Source: Macrostomum lignano (lineage: Eukaryota). From it: 36,011 bases of DNA. A model generated the notes under the pieces. It saw nothing but the letters and a program-made list of their open reading frames with translations, had not been told where the DNA came from and ran no database searches. Every line of letters begins with the position of its first letter. The stretch's first letter is position 1. The stretch spans positions 1 to 36,011 of the forward strand of contig NIVC01003874.1 of the NCBI GenBank assembly GCA_002269645.1, given 5' to 3'. Position numbers and translations under genes: made by a program. Below are positions 10,524 through 19,372 of this stretch, one piece after another.

Positions 10524-11143
10524 CTCAGCAACAGTCAAAAGTTCCACCCCACTAAGCGTGATGATTTTTTTAACTTATTGCGAGTGACGCAACCTACGGC
10601 ACGCGCAAAGCTTATTGCCGCTTGGGGGTGGCTTGGGTCTGCTTAATGGTCCAGGCCTGGACATTAAGCAGACCTAGCTCAGGAACAACGCCCCGCCACA
10701 CCAAGCCGATGCTGTTAGTCAACTGAAGGAACAGCTACAGCTGCGCACTCTGCGCTGGCCTTCCCGGTCCCCAGACATGAATCCCATCGAGCATGTCTGG
10801 GACTTCCTAAAACGTAGCATTCGAAAAGAGAATCCACCACAGAATGTTGCGGAGAGCTCTGCGTCATGCCATTGAAAACGCTTCGGAGCGGCTTCCCCAG
10901 GACTTTCTGCGCCGCCTCATCATTGGGATGCCCCGCAGAGTCGTCGCACTTACTGCGTGCGAGGGGATCCCACACGCATCGCGATTCTAACTAAATATTG
11001 CATAAAAAATTATGATTTTACTACGAGTATTGATATTCAATCAACTTTCCCTTCCTCGCGGCGGCTTAGTTGCGTAACTTGAGGGTTGAATTGTGTGTGA
11101 AGTTTTTGCAATTTGGAGGGTAGAACTTTTGACTGTTGCTGAG
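10524..11143 (+). mobile_element. Internally deleted Tc1-type (DD34E) transposon
   Basis: TIR ctcagcaacagtcaaaagttc at the left end (after TA) and its reverse complement at ~11116-11143. After a 1-nt frameshift the peptide reads QDNAPPH...WPSRSPDMNPIEHVWDFLKR, with 34 residues between D and E. The right-hand TA is not preserved. Confidence 0.88.
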
Positions 11144-11443
11144 TCAAAAGTTGCCGAATTTATCAGATACATATACACCTAATGTTGAAAGTAATTACTG
11201 ACTTTTAAGCAAAGTAAAACTATAGCAGCAATAGACCTAGGTATTTAAAAATTTTAGAAAAAGTTACTGCCCTAGATTTTTAGGTTTTTTAGCTCGTATC
11301 GATCGTCTTCTGTATGTAGTAATTAGTCATTTTTGGTGGCTCTTTCACGTGACGTAAACTCCGGTTGAGTCATCAGGCTGAAAGTCGGATGCAAGCATGA
11401 TTAATAATTTGACATTGCTGAAAATATGATGAAGTCTGGTGCC

Positions 11444-14400
11444 TCAAATCACATTAAAGCTGCTTACAATGCCTGCTGATTCGCCATAATATTGGTTACT
11501 GACTGTCATTTGCATCTTCATTGACTCATTCACTACTGACGCATCCGGAGATTTTTTCCAAGGTGGCCACCGACCAGATCTCATCAGCACAAAGCAGGCC
11601 ACCACTGCTACCAGTGCAATGATGGCGAGAACAGCCGTAGTTGATGAAGCTGCTAGCAGTGGCCGCTCCCAGACTTCGGCCAGCCTCGTCTCTCCTGTTG
11701 ATGGAGGCGATATTTAAAGCAGGGCTGCTTTCTCGTGTATAACATCTGAAATCAGCTGCGAAACTCACCAAAACCCTTTTCGGGAAGCACGAGCAGCGCA
11801 GAGCTGCCGTTGAGCAGGCGGCACCTCACGGTGGAACCCGCTACGTCTGATGGCTGAGCGAACGCCAAGAACTGCGACATCACCGAGCTGAAGCACTGCG
11901 GCCCGATGGGCTTCGAGACATCCTGAAGTTAAGCAAAGCATACTATCTTGCACAAATAGCGAGCTACATAATGCTGCCAACAGACAAAAACAACCTTCTT
12001 TATTAGCGTCGCGGGAATCGAATAGTTAGTAGCCGTCCTCAGCTCACAGCGGTGCCTCACACTGGGACAGGCGTGTTCGGAAACCGCACGGAACTGAATT
12101 GCTCCGTTGAGTAGCCACAGCTCAGGATCAATCAACTTAAGCTGTAAGTCATTTGGTTCAACTGAAATCAATAAAACGGAGAAACGGTTGTAAATGCATT
12201 AAGAACGCATGTTTTTATGAGCTGTTATGAAATAAATGAATCACAAGAGAGGTCAACAGCAATACCTGGAGGTAATTGGCTGAATTCAATCGAACCGAGC
12301 ATTCCTGGCACAGAGAATGCGCAAGACACATTGCGGCTGCACACTTGACGCTGCCATCGTCCAAAAAACTGGAATACTTTTCCCGAAGATGTCGAGACGA
12401 TTCGATCCTGTGGTAGCAGGTAAAACGACGAGTGAACTTCATAATTGATGGTGTATGCATATTGTGGGAAATATGGCTAGTACTTCGCACAAGAAGTATA
12501 TATCAAATAGTATCAACCTTAATAGACATTAATCGGATGCCAAATATGTTTAGCCAAAATTATTATTTCTTTTTGCCTTCATTAAGTATCAAATATTTTG
12601 ATTATATCTTACAACACGGATCGGGACTTCGATGGTTCCATTCTCGCACTCCTGGTGCAGCCGACATTTCGCTGACAGGCCTCGGATGCTTGCAGCTGTT
12701 GTTAATAAAATGCGCATTGGAGCACCCGCAGCGATCTCAGTAGACTCTGGGAATCTCCATTGAATTTCTCGAACAGCTGATATAAGGAAATGACCATTGT
12801 AAGGAGCCGATCATAATAATACCTTTCTTTATTCGACATTCCAAACATTGAATAAATCAGCTGGTACATATGACATACGTTGAACAAATGATTTAAACTC
12901 TGCAAACCTACTCTCGCAAATGTCACCTTTTTACTTCATTTAAAAACAGAGTCAAATAAGTTAATTATTTGATTAAAAATTAATGAAATTAATCACAAAA
13001 ATAAATCAGTTAAAATCTTTCGTAATCGTTCTCGCTTTTTTTCTATATCGCTAATCATGCTTCTACGCTCGTATGAAGATTCTATAGTTATATATATTAT
13101 ATATTCTAATATATTATATTTATATATATATATATTATATATATATATTTTTATGTATATTTATATATATATACTGTTATATATTCTAACGTAGTGATTT
13201 TATGCGCATACATAAAATTCCTGTTTTTAATGAGCTCTATATACATTATTTATATTATACGCATATATTTATGCATTAACTTCATAATCTTAACTCAACT
13301 CACGCAGTTGCATAGCCGGCAGAGAATAGTTGACTGTTCCGGCTTGCTTGTAACAAATTATCGTAGAATTGACTGTGTCGATGAGCTCAGCCAGCAGAGT
13401 AAAATCTGTTTGAACTCTGCTCACACACTGAGAAATACGTGGCTGTGATGCTTGCTGAAGTTTTGACGTAGCAATTGTATCAGAATAAAAATACGCTAGC
13501 TGGGTATTGTAAATTGAAGGAAAATACAATTGCGTATATCTGCATATCAGTACGGGCCTACAGTGTACATCGTTTAGTTGTACACGCCTATCATAGCAAT
13601 TACTCTAAGTATATTATATTATGCTAAATATTTTAACTACGCATTGTTACATTATTCTTACCCGCTTCACTTGCACAGCAGTGACTGCGCTTCCATTGAA
13701 AAGCCTCAGCTCGCAGCGATGCCTCACTCGCCGACACTCGGCTTGAGACACAGCTCGAAACCGAATCAAACTATCTGAGAGGCTCCACAGCTCAGGCTTT
13801 ATCAGGCTGATTTCAAGTGAAGCTGGCTTAACTGAAAGTTATTCATATGTATGAAGGAAACTAGAGCAGGATAATCAAAATCTGCTACAGTTACTGAACC
13901 GCTTTGCTAATATTGCAATACAGACACTTCGCTTCTTCAAAAACATCTATGCAGAGTCTCAAAAACTGATTGAAGAAAGTTGTTTACCATCAGGTGCTGG
14001 AGTCGATTCAATCAGTTCATTGATACCGCTGCCACGGAATCTGCACGTGATGTTTCGAATGCAGACAGCAGTGTCTGAGATGATTCCAGAAAACAGGTAC
14101 AATTTTTTAACTGATCTTCATTGTGAGTAGATCGTCTGGAGGAATTGCAAAAACAATTCATATATAATCTGAGGCTCTTTAAATTTGTCCAAGCTTTTGA
14201 ATGCAAACTTGAAAGGTCAAGAGATATTACCTTCACTATGCAAAGTTATAAGAAAAACTTAAACCAGTAATTACGCTCGTATATAGCACTTTTTTCGAAA
14301 ATTTAATGCAGATAAATGCCCGGCTTACGGAATTCATTGCGATCTCCGAAGTTTGCCTTCCACATTCAAGATCTAAGTAACACCTAGCTGATACATTTCG

Positions 14401-15806
14401 ATCCATAGAAAGCAGTGAAAAACTGAATTTCGAGCCACCTATGGCCATTCTGGTCCATTTTGAAAAGATCCACAGTAATTCATGATCATCTGTAAAGAGT
14501 ATCAAACTGAGTAAATGTAGCAGCGTTAAGATTTTTTGTGGAAGTTGATAATATTTATGTAATCTAAAGAGAATTTATAAGAGTTCTCTTCTCATTGCTT
14601 AAAACTAATTATCCATTATAATCGATAGGCCGATGGCGCATAATCCGTAGTACAAATAACCTGCATCAACATAAACAATGTTGAGACTTATTCAGATTTA
14701 TGTAACTACGAGTAACTATGGAAACTATGTTGCTTCTCTGTCCGTATCTGGCCGAGAAAAGAAACTATAAACATAAGATTGCATAACTTTTAACTTATAT
14801 TTTCTGCACTGAACAGTTTAACTTCTGAATTGAATAAAACTGAAAAAACTGCCAGATACTGTTGACGTCTTGTATCACTCACGGACATTGAACTCAAATT
14901 CGAACCCTTCACGGACAACAGAGCCGTCAGTAGTGAAAATTAGGGTAACGCTATGCGAAAACGTGTATGACGGATGAAGAATTCTATGATTGCCTGAAAT
15001 CGCTTGCAGAGCCGTGTGTTGATATCGCGGAACAAGTCCTGAATATATCCTAAGATAGTCGCGGCCAGATTCCGTGTTGAACTTTGTGAATCGAATGAAA
15101 ACACGGGAATTTCTGGGCACGTAAATACTCCAAGCTTTTTTGTAGTTATTGCGGTAGGACCCGACATCTGGATGGCTCCGTCTGACACCGCTTCTCTGCC
15201 GAATGACCTCAGTAGCAGCTGAAATTCCATTTTCATCCGAGATCAAATAAATCAGCAAAAGTCAACCAGAGTGCTGTTATAAACGTAAGGCATAAAATTC
15301 ACCTGGAATCGATTCCCACTGGCGTTCGTAAGAAAGCCGAAATCCGGATCTCGTGTGAAACCCGTCACTTCGAAACCGCACAACAAAGGGCGAATTCACC
15401 CAGAACTCAGACTCAGTCGCGTTTGCATGCACAAGTCGAAACTTCTCTGAGCTGCTTGATGCGTAGATTGCGCTTTCATAAATTAAAACTTTGTCGCAGC
15501 ACGAATCCACATCCAGCTTGCTGAATCGGATTCGGCTGACACCACGTGGTCGAATAGACCAGGAAACATCCAAATTGTTTGAATACTGGCCTCCAGAGGA
15601 GGGGCACGCGATCGTTCCAGATGACGAGTAAAGCGTCCTACCGGAACAGCACTCTGCGTTTTTAGTAACCCACGTTTTAGCAAGAGCAAACTGGTTTTTT
15701 CTGACTCTAATCAAAACAGAATAAACGTACCGGATGGAGAAAACCAAAATAACAAGCCAAACACAATGAGTTGAAAGTAACGAAAAAATCTGGTGCATGT
15801 TTTCAT
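11444..15806 (-). CDS. 13-exon gene for a type I membrane protein: signal peptide, 2 CUB domains, four ~105-aa unrecognised Cys modules, TM, short tail; in-frame TGA in exon 5
   Basis: Manual splice model. Exons (minus strand): 15731-15806, 15303-15653, 14883-15218, 14329-14489, 13988-14135, 13662-13831, 13304-13454, 12879-12926, 12613-12776, 12266-12407, 11995-12161, 11769-11922, 11444-11694. All 12 introns are GT-AG and phase-compatible, and the exons total 2319 nt = 773 codons. N-terminus MKTCTRFFRYFQLIVFGLLFWFSPSECC; TM TAVLAIIALVAVVACFVLM followed by RSGRWPPWKK; many N-x-S/T sequons. TGA at 14118-14120 is in frame. Confidence 0.8.
13086..13186. repeat. Degenerate (TA)n tract in intron 7 (unit B ~28994-29096)
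   Basis: Read directly; it carries the 2-bp indel that shifts the offset from 15908 to 15910. Confidence 0.85.
14883..15218 (-). other. CUB domain 2 (exon 3), cysteine-free; same in copy 2 at 30793-31128
   Basis: SG...SHP...YRNNYKKAWSI...VFIRFTKFNTESGRDYLRIYSG...LIFTTDGSVVREGFEFEF follows the CUB consensus; phase 1-1 exon. Confidence 0.9.
15303..15653 (-). other. CUB domain 1 (exon 2); same in copy 2 at 31213-31563
   Basis: CSGRTLYSSSGTIACP...YSNNLDVSWSI...IRFSKLDVDSCCDKVLIY...FRSDGFHTRSGFRLSY follows the CUB consensus; phase 1-1 exon. Confidence 0.9.
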
Positions 15807-16823
15807 CGCAGTCTGGTTCAGCTGCAGGGCGCTGCGGGCATGGCATACGAGCTAGTAAGCGGAAAACTGCTGTTTCAGTGTTCCTGTTCGTATTTATGCC
15901 CGTTAATCTTCTTTCCACTAAATTAAATCAACTTCCAGTAAACAGGCCGAACATCAAATTTAGACAGCTTTTAATTAAAGTATATAAAACCAAATCTGGC
16001 AATATCTAGGCAACTCTTCCACTAATTTCGAGGCTAATTTTGACACAAGACTTCCAATTTTCGCTGATTTTGGTTTCGAGTTTATCCATATAGAACGTAA
16101 TAAATCATAAATATTGTAATACAGAATGCCTTGAAGGTAAAAGTGTGCCGTATCTCAACACTTCATTTCAGAAATCACCCCCTGAAGTATTTCTGGTGTT
16201 TTGGTCATATCAATATAGAGAATTGATTTCATATCTTCATAATTTGCTATCAAAGCATAGCGAAGTGTAGTACATTTAAACTATAATGGTCTTACAAGAA
16301 ATCTCAGGTGAAAACTAAAACTATTGACTGGGTTGGATGGTGCTTTATGGAAAGCAATGAAAACTTGTTAAGACAGTGTACGAGGACTTCTGTCGCTTAA
16401 GTCGAATGCTTTGCTAATTTTAGAACAGATAGAATGTTTAATGAATCTGTGGAGTCGTTTTTTCCTAAAACACATCACATGTCTTCCAACTGCAAAACAA
16501 CTTATTTTTAGTTAATTAAAATGGAACACGACATAATGCTCATACAATGATCATACGTGTTTTTTAGCTTTGAGTAGGACAGAATTTACAAATTTGAACC
16601 TATAAGCTGAAGCTGTTGTATTGTTACTCGTATATAAGTGTCTTCACAGAAACGCTACGCATAAAAAAGTTAGGATGGAAAATTTATGCATGCATGACAT
16701 ATGACAGCATCGTCTGTTTATTCTTCTCGTCTACCTTTTTATTCCATTTTCGTTGCCTTCAAACTTCAGCCTGTACACTCAGCAATCAAGGTGATAGCGT
16801 AAAAAAAGCCAAATAATTTTCAG

Positions 16824-16929
16824 CCTAACCCTAACCCTAACCCTAACCTAACCTACCTACCTACCTACCTACCTACCTACCTACCTACCTACCTACCTAC
16901 CTACCTACCTACCTACCTAAATACCTACC
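16824..16929 (+). repeat. CCCTAA / CCTAA / (CCTA)n repeat, unit B
   Basis: cctaaccctaaccctaaccctaacctaacctacctac... Confidence 0.9.
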
Positions 16930-17353
16930 CATTGTACCAGCTTACTTTTTCGTATCTTGCAGATGCTCCAGTCTGTAAATCATTTCCCTCTTTAAAAATG
17001 TCCCTAATAAATCATGTAATTAGACTATTCCGGCTTCATTGGGAACAAGCTTACTTCGTAAAAGCAATTTTTACAGTTTTGTTGAAAACTGCCGCAGTAT
17101 TTTTATTATAAACGAGTTATTATAATTACAGGTATGACATCTCTAAGCTAATAATATTTTTTTGCGTAATCTACTCTTTGCAACATTGTTAGACGCTGAC
17201 CCGAAATCGGGCCATTCCCGTCGGCAACGGGTGTGCTGAGATGATGGTTGATTTGCCATAGACTTTTGCAAACGCGGGCCGTTCGCTTCGGGGCTGGCGG
17301 GATGACCCGAAATCGGGCCATCTATGTAGCTCGTTCAAAGACAGTGCTGATCG

Positions 17354-18890
17354 GTGAGCGCATCCACACCAGCTCCAGCTCCCGGTCATGGGTCCGAGCT
17401 CAGCAGCCGCTCTCAAATTGCGCCCCGACATCTCTGGCAGCTGAATCTAATTCTCGATACGTCTCAGAGCTTTCCCGTATTCTTAGTCCGTCAGAGCCGC
17501 CATTTTGGTGGCCTTCTGACTCAGTGGAGGTTCGCCACCGCCTGCAGCGTTTGTTTCGCAAGACCGGAATGGAAATGTAGAGTGTTCTACCTCCCGTTAA
17601 AAAAGGTTAAAAGAAGATAATCGTATAATGCTACTATAAGTAAGTAAGTACACGCATGTGCGCCTAAGCTTTGAATGAATCACGCTACCAGGAAAAGATG
17701 TTACCAAAATGATACGCCATGAGCCATTTTCCCCTTTTAGCGCAACACGTGGTTTGTAATGATGCTATTTTGGATCAAAAAGTTGCCTATAAATACAAGC
17801 GGTCCGAAGCGGACCAGGAGCCAACTCCCGACGAGAGGAGAAGCTCCGAAGAGGAAGCCTTAGGAGGACTTCCTGATCACCAAGTCAATCGAGACTCGGT
17901 CGAGTTGTTGCGGTAAGCCTTCCTTATTTGCGCCCGTTGTGTTAGAGACGTCTCGCTCAAGTCTATTGAGACTTGAGTCTATTTGAGTCTGTTGAGACTC
18001 TTGAGTCTGTTTAGACTCCATTGGTTGCAGTCTCCAGAAGGACTGCCCCTGATAGATCTTAGAGGACTATCAGTGGTTTCCGGAGCCATACCTAGAGTGC
18101 ATAAAGGCACTGCTAGAAGAAGGAGGCTTAATTCAAACCGCTGTTCGGCGCAGGGTACCCATTGTTGATACGAGGCCTCTGATTGGTCCTGACTGAAGAT
18201 ACCGGCCGGAGGAACTTATCGGAAGTACAAGAGGAACCAGGACCAGAGCAACTGAAGAATCAAGGCGCCTGATCTACGAGATCACATAGAGACAAGCGAG
18301 ATCTACTCGAAGACTACAGAAGAGATATCTCCAAGCGACGTCAACGTAAGAAGTACCTTTAATTGACTTACTGGGCTGCCTAGCTATTGAGCTAGAAGTG
18401 AGTGTTCTTTGATTACCATAAGTCGGGTAATAAGGGACACATCAGAAACTTTCAGCTTCTCTACGCACTCGCTCCGCCGTGGTGGAGCGACATCTGCTTT
18501 CAATGCTCGGAGATTGGCGCAGCTCGGCGATTTCGCGGGTACATCTCTGATGGCAGTGCCGGTAACCTAGCGAAGGTCAGAACCTAGCGGCTCTTCGGTC
18601 TATGTCTGCTGGCCTCGTTCATTTATACTCGCTGTCTTTCACGTTATGCTATAATAACAGTCTTCGTCACTTCGCCTAACCCTAAATAACTTCTACTATT
18701 CGAAGTCAGCGTTTAGGATGAGTCTAGTAAATTGAGTTTATAAATTTCGTTAACGAATAGATACACTGTAACAGTTATTTAGATTGTTATACAGAAATCG
18801 TAATATTATTTTTTTAGTGAAATGCATCAGCTGATTAGTTTAACCGACAATACATGTATGGCCTTTTAAAAACTTCAGGTTCTGCAGCTA
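17354..18890 (+). mobile_element. Chimeric tyrosine-recombinase fragment and tail (unit B), split by an 869-bp insertion; same in unit C at 33264-34800
   Basis: VEVRHRLQRLFRKTGME breaks at 17575 and resumes at 18445 (gaaactttcagcttctctacgcactcgctccgcc). At gtctgctggc/ctcgttcatttatac it jumps from the first YR copy to the tail of the second. Confidence 0.75.
17576..18444. mobile_element. Probable solo LTR, 869 bp
   Basis: TG...CA ends flanked by a 4-bp GAAA duplication (17572-17575 and 18445-18448). The empty site has a single GAAA in unit A (1772-1775). No recognisable coding content. Confidence 0.65.
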
Positions 18891-19009
18891 AAACAATCTA
18901 GTTACAAATTAACACCAAACTAGTGCATAAAAATTCTGCGTGTCTTTTGTTTTTCCAGCAAAACTTTGGTTCATCTATATTATTTGAAAAAAAGGGAACA
19001 TCACGGCTT

Positions 19010-19372
19010 TTTTATTAGAAACAGGGGGGTTGTGTGCACCCTGGCGCACTTTAAGCGACATAGGCACACAACCGGCGAGAGGCATTACTGCCCATTCCGC
19101 CGACTCCCCTGAGCAGGCATACAAGCGCGCGGATACGTTACGCAGGCACACACTCACACAGGACTGTACAGCGGCCCTAACTTTATCAATTGTTAGGCAT
19201 GTACACTTCACTGCGCCTTGGGGGGTTGGCTCTCAAGGCCGTTAATTGCACAAGCGAGCCAAGCCGAAATTCCAATTCAGCCCCAAATTAATGTGACTGC
19301 ACTTGGAATCGAGCCTGGGTTGCTCTCACACCAGAGCCTGCGCTAGACCGCTGGACTACGCCCCCCCCCCCT
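19010..19372 (-). mobile_element. Full-length tRNA-derived SINE with 13-bp target-site duplication
   Basis: Minus strand GGGCGTAGTCCAGCGGTCTAGCGC...AGCAACCCAGGCTCGATTCC gives A-box and B-box-like motifs; 3' end AATAAAAAA; TSD aacatcacggctt at 18997-19009 and 19373-19385. Confidence 0.8.

Noticed and set aside
11250-11443. SECIS element that would make the exon 5 TGA a selenocysteine
   Set aside because: An ATGA occurs in the 3' UTR, but I see no convincing long helix, AA loop and GA quartet, and the aligned position in exon 10 is not Cys. Not formally excluded without SECISearch.
11929-12000. GPS/GAIN-like motif (VCWQHY...C) suggesting an adhesion GPCR or PKD-like protein
   Set aside because: Alignment with the first repeat puts the donor after IKK (as after VKR), so VCWQHY is intronic; only one TM helix follows.
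12215-13778. ORF-track ORFs 12215..12490, 12432..12743, 12702..12926, 13194..13448 and 13578..13778 as independent genes
   Set aside because: They are off-frame or antisense shadows of the receptor's exons; the frames that align between repeats are different.
14136-14231. Extra donor (gtgaag|gtaata) in intron 4 that might rescue the frame
   Set aside because: Extending exon 4 to it includes TAG/TGA stops, and no micro-exon I tried restores an open frame.
15277-15918. ORF-track 213-aa single-exon CUB protein
   Set aside because: It reads through a 77-nt GT-AG intron and the 5' flank. A better signal peptide lies in another frame (ATG 15806) and splices in phase to the CUB exon, and the paralog at 1-171 supports the same structure.
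17719-18168. Short ORFs inside the 869-bp insertion as gag or other genes
   Set aside because: Only 61-65 aa, no recognisable motifs, and they lie within an LTR-like insert.
19300-19362. Functional tRNA gene
   Set aside because: No proper acceptor stem, 6-nt anticodon loop, degenerate B box; it continues into a SINE body with a TSD.
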